NCBI GenBank assembly: GCA_945827785.1 | Contig: CALZOR010000001.1 | Coordinates: 54,391-118,390 of the forward strand | Direction of reading: 5' to 3' | DNA: 64,000 nucleotides | DNA from: an uncultured Bacteroidales bacterium | Lineage (GTDB): Bacteria > Bacteroidota > Bacteroidia > Bacteroidales > UBA932 | Shown here: positions 21,238 to 30,495 of the stretch, in pieces | Layout: each line of letters begins with the position of its first letter | How positions within the stretch are numbered: the stretch's first letter is position 1 | The notes under the pieces: model-generated | The model's input: the letters and a program-made list of their open reading frames with translations, nothing else | Database searches by the model: none | What the model was told of the DNA's origin: nothing | Position numbers and translations under genes: made by a program

Positions 21238-21243
21238 GAATAA

Positions 21244-23511
21244 TCATTTTGCGTGGAATGCGATTTCAAGTACCGTAGGGCTCTCCGCGGACTTGAACAA
21301 GGCAGGCAAACATCCCAGGGCCTCCAGGGAACCGCGCCATGCAGATATGTCAGGAGATGCATTCTCAATGAAAATGACAACCTCGCGGCCGGCACTTCCG
21401 GGGTCGTACCTCCATCCGATTGCCACATGTCCGTCAGATGCAGCAAGGGCATCACTGACAAGGGCATCCATGACCTGTACGAGGTCCGGGCCGCTGGTCA
21501 GAATTTCCACGGAAGCCGGGCCGCGTCTGAACTCAAATGAGTTGACGTCAGGAGCCGCAATCGAACTGTTGGAATATACCTCTTCCATCAGATCGGCAAC
21601 CCTTATCCTTTCCAGTTGACGATGATCATCCTTACCGCCTTTCGCAGAGCCCATGACGTCATCAAGAAGCCTTATGAGATGCTCGCAGCCGACCTCAACC
21701 TCCCGTCCGTAACTTTCCTTCTGTTCTTCATTCAGATGTCTGAACTGGTTCGACAGAATCTGGGCATAGACAATGACCTTGTCCATCGGAGCCTGAAAGT
21801 CCGTACTCATGGACATGAGGAACCGTTCTTTCTCCGCAACTTCCTCGCTGCGCCTGTAGGCCTGGCGCAATTCCTGATTGCGTTTGTACGCCTTGTCATT
21901 GAAATGCATGATACCGGCCTTAAGAGCAACCTCGGAGCTGCCTTCGTACAATTTGGGATCTATGCTTATTGTATGTATTAGAATGGCCCTTGGCTCAGTA
22001 TTCCCCGGCAAATCCAGCAAGGCCTGAACATCACGGTCACCTTTAAAGCCTTCCTTGAAAAGAAGGTCCCGGATGTCGCTGCGGCCCGGTTCCCTGACAA
22101 AGGACAGAAGATGCTCGACGTCAAGGTCCCCTTCAGGTATATTGAAATCCCTGTAGAAAGAAGATGAAAACCGGAGAGTAAGGTCCGGCAACATACGCCA
22201 CAGATAGACATTCAGTTCAGACAGGATATCCGCCACCTGAGCCTTCGACTTTTCTGCCTCTTTTGCCCTTTCGACAAGCCTTTTTCTCTGAATCCGCTGA
22301 CTGATGGCCATTGACAAAGGGACTATGAATGCAAACACGACAATGGCCAGAATTGCCAGAAATGACAGCACATACATGGACCACGTATTCAATCTCGAAC
22401 GTTCCATCCATGAAATATTGACAAAGCGGATTCCTTTCGGGAAATCACTTGCATAAGGATGAATCTTCTTGGCCACCCTCCAGTCCAGCCAATAGTCTTT
22501 CTCCAGTTTTATCCACGGAACATCACCGGGATCCTCACCGGAAAGAAGTCTGTCAACCGTATGACGGATTTGTCTGAACATGGAAGGGAAAGGTGTCAGA
22601 TACCCTCCGAGGCACATATTCATCGCATTTATCATCGGCAAGTTGAAATGCTCCGGTGTCATGGTGAAGAAATGGCCGATATTGTAGTTCATGGCAGCAC
22701 CGGCATATGGGTCGTCCTTCAGGTTAAGATATGATGTATTCTGCCGGTCTGTTGAAAGTGCGGAGGAGAGACTGAATCTTCCGGTATGGGCGGTATGCCA
22801 GTTTCTGTTTTCCGGATGCATCGTGCTCACAGGAAAAAGCGTGGTCTGCGGCTGACGGTTTGCCAGGCTCCGGATCCTGTCTTCCTGTTCAAGAAACAAA
22901 TTAGGCCTGTATCTCAGGGTGTCATCCCCCATCTGCCGGATTATGTGTTCCCTGATGTGGTCATCCACGTAAGTACTGTCCATCACGGTTACCACATAGT
23001 GAGGGAAACCCAGCTCCCGGATAAAATCAAGATTTTCCCTGACGGCAGGCTCAGACTCCGCGACAACCACATTCGGCATTCCGGAAAGGATGCCCCGATA
23101 TTCAGGATGAGTCACTCCCAGGCAAAGTATAGGAGTTTCCTTGAACATAGGATCATCAACCAAGGCGGAATTATGGCAGATATAATCCCCATAAAGGACA
23201 AGAAGGTCCGGTTTTACCTTGTGATTGCGTATCCTTATCAGCGCATTTCGCAGAAATCTGGTAACATCCGGCTCGTACACGGGTTTTTCAAAGAAAGGGA
23301 TGGACACGCCTGCGGTCTGGTAGAAATGCAGTTTGTAGCGGGTCGTATCGGAAAACTCCCTCTGAGCCGCATCCAAGAAACTATGCCATGTCTGCCCGAG
23401 TAACGGATGCGGAAAAAGGAACACAATCTGTTTCTGCTCCGAAGGTTTCCTGCATGAAGTAATGAGCAGGAGCAGCATGAGGAAGAGAGTCAGGAATCTT
23501 GATTTTTTCAT
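21244..23511 (-). CDS. Degenerate (pseudo) sensor histidine kinase with large periplasmic domain
   Basis: Signal/lipobox-like N-terminus, one TM helix; HisKA-like MSTDFQAPMD lacks the His; eroded HATPase boxes; paralogous to the next gene. Confidence 0.75.
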   Translation of the reverse strand: MKKSRFLTLFLMLLLLITSCRKPSEQKQIVFLFPHPLLGQTWHSFLDAAQREFSDTTRYKLHFYQTAGVSIPFFEKPVYEPDVTRFLRNALIRIRNHKVKPDLLVLYGDYICHNSALVDDPMFKETPILCLGVTHPEYRGILSGMPNVVVAESEPAVRENLDFIRELGFPHYVVTVMDSTYVDDHIREHIIRQMGDDTLRYRPNLFLEQEDRIRSLANRQPQTTLFPVSTMHPENRNWHTAHTGRFSLSSALSTDRQNTSYLNLKDDPYAGAAMNYNIGHFFTMTPEHFNLPMINAMNMCLGGYLTPFPSMFRQIRHTVDRLLSGEDPGDVPWIKLEKDYWLDWRVAKKIHPYASDFPKGIRFVNISWMERSRLNTWSMYVLSFLAILAIVVFAFIVPLSMAISQRIQRKRLVERAKEAEKSKAQVADILSELNVYLWRMLPDLTLRFSSSFYRDFNIPEGDLDVEHLLSFVREPGRSDIRDLLFKEGFKGDRDVQALLDLPGNTEPRAILIHTISIDPKLYEGSSEVALKAGIMHFNDKAYKRNQELRQAYRRSEEVAEKERFLMSMSTDFQAPMDKVIVYAQILSNQFRHLNEEQKESYGREVEVGCEHLIRLLDDVMGSAKGGKDDHRQLERIRVADLMEEVYSNSSIAAPDVNSFEFRRGPASVEILTSGPDLVQVMDALVSDALAASDGHVAIGWRYDPGSAGREVVIFIENASPDISAWRGSLEALGCLPALFKSAESPTVLEIAFHAK

Positions 23512-25862
23512 GGCAGCTTGATTTTGAAAACGGACCCCTTGCCCTCTGTACTTTCCACAGAGATCTTTCCGCCCATCAGTTCAACGAATGTCTTGCATAT
23601 ATACAATCCGAGACCGCAGCCCGAGGCGAAACTGTTCACCTTGAAGAAACGCTCGAAGATAAGTTCATGATATTGTTGCGGAATGCCTATTCCACTGTCA
23701 CTGACACAGATTTCTCCAGAGAAGCCCTCCTCCCGGAAAGGTCGCCATGACAGGACAATTTCAGAAGATTCATCGGAGTATCTGGCGGCATTCACAATCA
23801 GATTTCTCAGAACCTCGGCAAGGAGCATGGCATCGGCTTTCACAATGATGGTCCGTGCACTTCCATCCAGTACAATCCGGCGCCGGATGCCTGCTGTAAT
23901 ATCAAGATTTGCATGACGCTGATATATGTCAAGCATGGTATCAAAAGTGACAATTCCGATTCGCGGAGTTATCGGTATGCCCATTATCCTGTTCACGGTC
24001 AGGATGTTGGTGACATTGTGCCTGAGCAAGAACACATTCTGGTCTATGGCGTCTGCATATTCTTCAAGTTCATTGTCAGACAGGTCCGTCCCGGACATTG
24101 ACAGAATCTGGGTATATCCGGAAATCGAGTTCAGAGGAGTTCTGATTTCATGGTTCATGGCAGCAATGAAACCCTCCCTTGCCCTGAGTGAATTGACTAT
24201 GCGGTTGGTCTGGGCCTCCTTGGCCTCCAGCTGTTTTTCCTCGTCTATTTTAAGGATCAGGCCCCTTCGCCCGACATAATCTCCTACTCCCGGAGTGACC
24301 GTCATCCTTATTTCATACCAATGCGGCTTATTTCCGTCAATGGAACAGAACACCTCCATGGAATGTCGTCCCTCCCGGTCAATTGCTGTGAACTCTCTGA
24401 GTTTGCTCATGAAAAAATCCGACGCCTGAATGCGGCTGAGGCTCTTTATGCCCGTGGAATTGTCCTCCCATGTTCTAAAATCGATGATGTCCATCACCTG
24501 CCTGAGAACGCGATGGTTGATAAGGGCATAGTTGGCATACCTGCGCATCTGGGCGGCATTCCTCTTCGCTTTTCCTGACAAATATATGATTATTAACGTG
24601 CTTAAAACAATGATAATGAAGGCAATAAACCATAAAAGGACACGAACGATTGCGTAAAGTTCAGGCCTGCGGTCTTTCAACCCGGCATTATAGACATTTA
24701 TAAAATCCGGAATGGTTCCATAGTCCAGATGATATGGACGGACGACATCCCAGTTGAGATTGAATCCGGCCTTATGCCGGAGAACTTCAGTCCGGTCCGG
24801 ACTTTCCCCCTTAAGCAGCCTCACACCCGCCTCCACGGCATCCCTGATCTGGTCATCAAAAGTGCAAAAATAGCCTCCAATGCATTTTTCATTCATGAGA
24901 AAATCTTCAGGGACCATGGTAAAATATGGCATGAAACTCGGTCCATCCACCAGTTCCCGGGAAATCCGGTCATGCTTGGACTGAATGAAGAAGTTGGGAG
25001 ATTTCTGCGGATAGAATACCCATGCCGTCGGAACATGGTTCATGTTGAGGTTTACGTTCCATGTAGGAGCAAGAATTGAACGGCAGGAGAACACCATCTT
25101 GTCCTTATGGTTTGCCATCATCCTGAGCTGTCCCTCTTTTGTCTTCCCGTCAAGATTGTTGAAGAAACGGGCCGAATCCAGAAGCTCCATCTGAGAGCTG
25201 AGTTCATTGTAGAGTATCCTGTCTTCCCAGTAGGCCTTCACGTCAAGCAAGGTTACCAGACGGTTGGGGGTCAGAAGATAGTACTCCGGCAGGGCAAATT
25301 CATCGAATATGTTGGTGATGATCGAGTCTGCAAAATTCAGATTTTCCTTCAGGTGGATTCCGTCTGTTATTTTGACCATGGAGGTCCGGCCTCCGGAATA
25401 GTGCTCCTTGAGAAGCGTTTCCTGGAATGTAAGGCGTTCATTGTGCCTGAGCCCGTAGCATACAAGCGGAATTTCTGAAACCGGAGTTTCTCCGATTGTG
25501 GACAATATCCATCCGCAGACATCGCCGTAGGATAGAATCAGGTCCGGCATGCATCCTCTATGCTCCAGATTCCCGATATTACTGATGAATGCTTCCCTCT
25601 GCCTTGGGTCCGACTTGTCCTGATAATCTGCAAAAAAGACCTGGACATCCCCCCTGATTCCCTGGCGCCGGAGTTCCTTGCGGGCTTTTCGCGACCATTG
25701 TTCATAGACAGGATCATCCGCATTGGTAGGCCAGTAGAGAAGCACGTCGGCTTCAATGGTCCCATTACCGGAGCCTCCGGTGCATGAAGCCGCAAAAATC
25801 ACGGAGCATACCAGAAACAGCATGCTCGCCAAACCGATGTATTCTGAATGCGGTCGCGCCAT
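23508..25862 (-). CDS. Membrane sensor histidine kinase
   Basis: H-box MNHEIRTPLN, N-box NLIVNAARYS, DSGIGI, IFERF, GCGLGL; ATG 25862 preferred because TACATTTG (-) at 25887-25894 overlaps the longer TTG start. Confidence 0.88.
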   Translation of the reverse strand: MARPHSEYIGLASMLFLVCSVIFAASCTGGSGNGTIEADVLLYWPTNADDPVYEQWSRKARKELRRQGIRGDVQVFFADYQDKSDPRQREAFISNIGNLEHRGCMPDLILSYGDVCGWILSTIGETPVSEIPLVCYGLRHNERLTFQETLLKEHYSGGRTSMVKITDGIHLKENLNFADSIITNIFDEFALPEYYLLTPNRLVTLLDVKAYWEDRILYNELSSQMELLDSARFFNNLDGKTKEGQLRMMANHKDKMVFSCRSILAPTWNVNLNMNHVPTAWVFYPQKSPNFFIQSKHDRISRELVDGPSFMPYFTMVPEDFLMNEKCIGGYFCTFDDQIRDAVEAGVRLLKGESPDRTEVLRHKAGFNLNWDVVRPYHLDYGTIPDFINVYNAGLKDRRPELYAIVRVLLWFIAFIIIVLSTLIIIYLSGKAKRNAAQMRRYANYALINHRVLRQVMDIIDFRTWEDNSTGIKSLSRIQASDFFMSKLREFTAIDREGRHSMEVFCSIDGNKPHWYEIRMTVTPGVGDYVGRRGLILKIDEEKQLEAKEAQTNRIVNSLRAREGFIAAMNHEIRTPLNSISGYTQILSMSGTDLSDNELEEYADAIDQNVFLLRHNVTNILTVNRIMGIPITPRIGIVTFDTMLDIYQRHANLDITAGIRRRIVLDGSARTIIVKADAMLLAEVLRNLIVNAARYSDESSEIVLSWRPFREEGFSGEICVSDSGIGIPQQYHELIFERFFKVNSFASGCGLGLYICKTFVELMGGKISVESTEGKGSVFKIKLP

Positions 25863-25886
25863 CAATCCAGTTGTAATTTTTCTGAG

Positions 25887-25972
25887 CAAATGTAGAAATA
25901 AATCTCAAAAAAAGAAAAGCGGTATATTTTATTCAAAAAAAGGGGCTGTTATAAATTATTGTATTATCTTTG
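25887..25972. promoter_or_regulatory. Divergent promoters for the kinase pair (-) and the polysaccharide operon (+)
   Basis: TACATTTG (-) at 25887-25894; TATCTTTG (+) at 25965-25972. Confidence 0.65.
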
Positions 25973-26031
25973 TTTTCTTATTTATAATTTGTGTAATTTA
26001 TAACTTGTGTAACCCTATTAACACAACAACT

Positions 26032-26454
26032 ATGGACCTTGGAGCTCTCAACAATATTGACTGCAGCAACATTTCCCTTATAATCGTGGACGACATTCCC
26101 ATCAACACGAAGCTGTTGGGAAAACTTCTTGAACCTGCAGGTTTTAAGTCACTTCAGCAATACAACAACAGCCAGATGGCGCTCGACAGTGTAAAGGCCG
26201 ACCAGCCGGATATAATACTCCTGGATGTAATGATGCCGGGGATTGACGGTTTTTCCTTCCTTTCTTCAGTCAGGGAGAACAAGAAATTGGATAAGACAAG
26301 AATCATCATGGTTTCAGCAGTCAGCGAGTCAGAGGAAGTTCAGAAAGCTCTTTCCATCGGGGCAAATGACTATCTGACAAAGCCAATCAATGCAAAACGT
26401 CTCTATGCCTGCATTGCAAGTCAGATTCAGCAAATCATGGAGGAGGAGAAGTAA
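26032..26454 (+). CDS. Stand-alone CheY-like response regulator
   Basis: IVDD, IILLDVMMPGIDG, VSA, DYLTKP; ATG 26032 lies downstream of the promoter. Confidence 0.9.
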   Translation: MDLGALNNIDCSNISLIIVDDIPINTKLLGKLLEPAGFKSLQQYNNSQMALDSVKADQPDIILLDVMMPGIDGFSFLSSVRENKKLDKTRIIMVSAVSESEEVQKALSIGANDYLTKPINAKRLYACIASQIQQIMEEEK

Positions 26455-26826
26455 ATGAGCAGAAAACCAACCATATTGATTGGTGAGGACAAGCAATTCC
26501 TTGTAGACATAATAAAGGAGTCTTTCGGATCCGGGTTCAATTGTATATGTGTCCGGACGGAAGAAAAAGTTTTCGAGAACCTCGATTCGGCAGATGCCGT
26601 GGTAGTCGGGCTTGATGTATGTCCGAGGGAACAGGAAGAAAGGGTTAAAATGATTTCCGAAATAAAGGCAAGGAAAGACATCCCTCTGATGGCTCTGACA
26701 AGCCTCCAGTATTCTTCGGTCAGAATTGGACTACTCAGAAAAGGGGCGGACGATGTCATGACCAAGCCTTTCAATCCTGAAGAACTTGTGATCCGTATGG
26801 AAAAACTCCTATCAAGAATCAGATGA
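26455..26826 (+). CDS. Stand-alone atypical receiver-domain protein
   Basis: ILIGED, LTS and GADDVMTKPFNPEEL retained; VVVGLD has Gly at the phosphoacceptor position. Confidence 0.8.
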   Translation: MSRKPTILIGEDKQFLVDIIKESFGSGFNCICVRTEEKVFENLDSADAVVVGLDVCPREQEERVKMISEIKARKDIPLMALTSLQYSSVRIGLLRKGADDVMTKPFNPEELVIRMEKLLSRIR

Positions 26827-27533
26827 AGCGTTTCCTGAATTTCATATTTGCAACAGTCGCAATCATCGTCTTCTCTCCTTTGATGATAGTGATTGCAATC
26901 CTTGTCTATGCAGAGATCAAACAGCCGCCTATCTATTCGTCCGTAAGAATCGGGAAGAACTGGAAGAAATTCCGCATCTACAAGTTCAGGACAATGAAAA
27001 AAGGTGCGGACAAAATGCTCTTCGACCTCCAGTCCATGAACTCATACATCAGATTGGAAGATGAACAGATACCTCAAAGGGTAGTATATGAGAGCAAGGA
27101 CTTCCTTTATGCAGACAATTACAGGGTGCGTGAGGATGTCTATCTGACCGAGCGTCACAAGTGCTTTGAAGGATGCTTCATCAAGATTGAAAACGATCCG
27201 AGAATAACCAAGTTCGGCAAGTTTCTCAGGAAGACAAGCCTGGATGAGCTTCCCCAGCTTTTCAACATCTTCATGGGTGACATGGCCCTTGTCGGCAACC
27301 GGCCGCTTTCCATTGCTGAAGCAGAACTTCTGACCACAAATGAGAACGGAATACGTTTCAAGGCCAGTGCAGGTCTTACCGGACTCTGGCAGACAGATGA
27401 AAGGAAGGACGACATGCCTCCGTACGAGAGGATGAGACTCGACAATACTTATGCCGAGAACGAATCTCTGATGTATGACATGAAATTGATTTTTGCAACA
27501 TTCAAGAAAATAATTACTGGTTCAAATGAATAG
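26823..27533 (+). CDS. Priming sugar transferase (bacterial phosphoglycosyl transferase)
   Basis: FRIYKFRTM, NDPRITKFGKFLRKTSLDELPQLFN, MALVGNRP, GLTGLWQ. Confidence 0.92.
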   Translation: MKRFLNFIFATVAIIVFSPLMIVIAILVYAEIKQPPIYSSVRIGKNWKKFRIYKFRTMKKGADKMLFDLQSMNSYIRLEDEQIPQRVVYESKDFLYADNYRVREDVYLTERHKCFEGCFIKIENDPRITKFGKFLRKTSLDELPQLFNIFMGDMALVGNRPLSIAEAELLTTNENGIRFKASAGLTGLWQTDERKDDMPPYERMRLDNTYAENESLMYDMKLIFATFKKIITGSNE

Positions 27534-28356
27534 AAACCGGATATTGATGTTCATTGCCGCCCTCTTCATCGGGGTTGTGACCGGAGCTCAGACAAAACTG
27601 CCTGTCAGAGAGGTCCGGATGGACAGTACGATGCTGATTCTCAACAATATGACCGTTGACGACTACATCAATCTGCATCTTCCTCCATTGGACAGCCTGT
27701 ATTACAATGCATACTGCATGTCCAATGCGATCAAATATTATGATGAGGAGGCGAAATATTATGCCAGCGCAGTGACGACGGAAAAGCTCAAGCCGCTTGA
27801 CTGGATAAGGTTGGTTTCATCCGCCAACTATGGCAACACCGACATTGCAAGCACCCTGCGCAGCGAAGCCACCTATCCGATATGGGTCGAAAACAGCAGC
27901 AAGCAGCGGAATTTCTTCTTCAATGTGGGAGTAACCCTGAACATACCCCTTTCCGACGTGTTCAACACCCACAACAAGGTACGTCAGGCACAGGCAAAGC
28001 TCAGGCAGACCCAGCACAGAAGGGACGCTGAGCTTGACAATATAAAGCAGCAGATCATCAGCCTCTACTGCGAAGTCATATCAGGAATCAATTCGCTCAA
28101 AAGTGCAGCCGAGAGGATGGTCATAGCAAAGGCGCAGTACGAATTTGCCGAAAAGGATTTCATTAACAACAAGATTACATCAGAAGTTCTCTACAGGTGC
28201 AAGAGTTATGAAACCGCCGCCACTCAGGACTATGAGAGGCTGAGAAGCGGAATAAATCAAGCTCTGCTGAGTCTTGAAGTCGTTTCATGCACGAAGTTGA
28301 TCAGCCCGGAAAAAGAACCTCAGAATCAGGAGGAAAGACACAAGAAAAAGAAATGA
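27526..28356 (+). CDS. Short TolC/OEP-family outer-membrane protein
   Basis: Signal peptide, LPPLDSLY, VGVTLNIPL strand followed by a long coiled-coil helix; only 276 aa. Confidence 0.65.
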   Translation: MNRNRILMFIAALFIGVVTGAQTKLPVREVRMDSTMLILNNMTVDDYINLHLPPLDSLYYNAYCMSNAIKYYDEEAKYYASAVTTEKLKPLDWIRLVSSANYGNTDIASTLRSEATYPIWVENSSKQRNFFFNVGVTLNIPLSDVFNTHNKVRQAQAKLRQTQHRRDAELDNIKQQIISLYCEVISGINSLKSAAERMVIAKAQYEFAEKDFINNKITSEVLYRCKSYETAATQDYERLRSGINQALLSLEVVSCTKLISPEKEPQNQEERHKKKK

Positions 28357-30491
28357 AGGCACTGCAATACATAATCAGGATACTCGCAAAGAAGTGGTTG
28401 CTTTTGCTGGTGCTGCCGGTTATGGCAGCAGCGGTCGTTTTTGCCGTCATGTCACGCCAGCCTAAATTGTACAAGTCAAGCTGCACCATATACACTGGCA
28501 TCGTGTCCGGTTATGATGTTCTCGCATCCGAGAACAGCCGTCAGGACTGGATGGCCGTCAATAATGCAGTTGACAATCTTATGAGTGTAATCATGGCGGA
28601 GTCCACCCTGAGCAATGTTTCGATGCGACTTCTTGCACGCAACATTTCACATCTGAACACCGAGGACACAGGAGAATACATGACTCCTAAAACGGCAACG
28701 GAGCTGAACACCCTCGTTACTCCGGAAGTGAAGGCTCTGACTGTTGAAGGCGACGAGGAAGCCACCTTCAAGAATTATATGAAGCATTTTGAATCCAGTC
28801 GCGACAACTGGTTCAAGCAGATGTTCCTTTGGAATCACCGCCACTATAGTTTCAATGCTCTTTCCAACATTCAGGTCAACAGGGTGAGCAACTCCGACAT
28901 GCTTCGTCTGTCATATACTTGCGATGACCAGTACATTGCATACAACACTCTGCTCATTCTCGAATCTGAATTTATAAAACAGTATCTTTCAATTCGTTAC
29001 CAGCAGACAAACGATGTAGTCCATTATTTTGAAAGCGAACTCAAGACCATTTCTGAAGATCTTTCAAGGAAGGAAAACGACCTGACGGACTACAATATAG
29101 AGAACGGAGTCATCAACTATAACGAACAGACCAAAATGGTTGCCGAAAGGCAGAAGGACCTCGATGCCCAGATTGAACAGATACTCAGGGAAAAGGATGG
29201 GGCAGACGAAAAAATCAAGATTCTGGAAGAAAAGATGGGCAATGTAACCGATGTGTTTGCCCACAATGCATCCTTCATCAACCAGTTGCACACCATCAAC
29301 AGCCTCTATTCAAATTCATCTTCTGAAGGTTCTGGTCCTGCAAAAGAAAGCCTGAATGAAAAAATCGCTAAGGAGACAGATAAACTCAAGTCCATAAGCA
29401 ACGAAATCAGCGCCGCCCAGCACAATAAGGAAGGACTTGCCAATGACCTCTTGGTCAGCGAATGGGTGTCTGCACTGCTGGTGAGATCAAAGGCAGATGC
29501 AGAGCTTGCCGTACTTTACGAGCATAAGGAAGATATGGAGGAGGAAGTGAAGCGTTTCTCTCCTGTTGGTTCGTCAATCAAGAGACAGGAGAGGGAAATC
29601 AATTTTTCCGAGCAGAACTACCTTGCCAACCTCAATTCGCTCAACAGCGCAAAGCTCAGACAGAAGAACCTCCAGCTTACCTCAGCGACGTTCAAGGTCC
29701 TTACCCCTCCTACCGTGGCACTATATCCGGAGAAGACAAAGAACAAGCTCTACTCCATGATTGCGTTCCTCTTCACTTTCGTGCTTATCTGCGGCATTGT
29801 CATTGTCATTGAGGAGTTCAACAAAAAGCCATACGATGCTGCTGCCGCCAGAAAGCTCATAGGCCTGCCGGTCATAGGTGCTTACCCCCACGTGAAAAAG
29901 AAGAAAAAGAATACGATATATGAGGACCTGGCGATGAGACACCTGGGCAATTCCATCACCAACCACTTCGACAGGAATCAGAACGTACAAATCATTAATA
30001 TCATAAGCGTCAGCAAAGGCGAAGGCAAATCGACGATAGGCAAGGCCCTGTTCAACTATTTTGAAAATCTTGATACCAAGCCGGTATATGTGAACTGGGA
30101 AGAGGATTTTGAATACAATTCGAAATATTACCTTCTTGCAAATTCCATCTATGACTTCTGCGTCAATGAAAACAACATGGAAGCAATGCCTGAAGCCAAT
30201 GTGATAATAGTGGAATACCCGCCTCTTAAGGATGCCTCATTTCCTACAAAGATACTGAGCAATTCTGCAGTCAACATCCTTGTAGCAGACTCCAAAAAGG
30301 ACTGGACAGGAATGAGCAACCTGCTTACCAATGAAATCAAGAGATTCAACAAGCAGAACAATCTGCGAATCATCCTCAACAACAGCGACATTGACACTGT
30401 CGGTTCATTCACTGGAATGCTCCCTCCGTTCAACAGAATCCACAGACTGAGATTCACGTTCTGGAATCTGGGAGCGGACAACAACGAATAG
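28353..30491 (+). CDS. Wzc/GumC-like polysaccharide co-polymerase
   Basis: Two TM helices around a long periplasmic coiled coil; Walker A-like SVSKGEGKST; ATG 28353 overlaps the upstream stop. Confidence 0.8.
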   Translation: MKALQYIIRILAKKWLLLLVLPVMAAAVVFAVMSRQPKLYKSSCTIYTGIVSGYDVLASENSRQDWMAVNNAVDNLMSVIMAESTLSNVSMRLLARNISHLNTEDTGEYMTPKTATELNTLVTPEVKALTVEGDEEATFKNYMKHFESSRDNWFKQMFLWNHRHYSFNALSNIQVNRVSNSDMLRLSYTCDDQYIAYNTLLILESEFIKQYLSIRYQQTNDVVHYFESELKTISEDLSRKENDLTDYNIENGVINYNEQTKMVAERQKDLDAQIEQILREKDGADEKIKILEEKMGNVTDVFAHNASFINQLHTINSLYSNSSSEGSGPAKESLNEKIAKETDKLKSISNEISAAQHNKEGLANDLLVSEWVSALLVRSKADAELAVLYEHKEDMEEEVKRFSPVGSSIKRQEREINFSEQNYLANLNSLNSAKLRQKNLQLTSATFKVLTPPTVALYPEKTKNKLYSMIAFLFTFVLICGIVIVIEEFNKKPYDAAAARKLIGLPVIGAYPHVKKKKKNTIYEDLAMRHLGNSITNHFDRNQNVQIINIISVSKGEGKSTIGKALFNYFENLDTKPVYVNWEEDFEYNSKYYLLANSIYDFCVNENNMEAMPEANVIIVEYPPLKDASFPTKILSNSAVNILVADSKKDWTGMSNLLTNEIKRFNKQNNLRIILNNSDIDTVGSFTGMLPPFNRIHRLRFTFWNLGADNNE

Positions 30492-30495
30492 AGCC

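Noticed and set aside
21095-21243. Purine or ZTP riboswitch upstream of purE-purL
   Set aside because: The leader after the promoter is only about 55 nt with one small hairpin and no aptamer consensus.
21244-23511. Pseudogene call for the degenerate kinase
   Set aside because: Full-length open frame, coupled to its paralogue, with loss focused on catalytic motifs.
25756-26031. N-terminal extension of the response regulator (232-aa ORF)
   Set aside because: Overlaps the divergent kinase and both promoters; ATG 26032 gives a clean receiver domain.
25863-26031. Invertible promoter for the polysaccharide locus
   Set aside because: No flanking inverted repeats seen and no recombinase or UpxY gene nearby.
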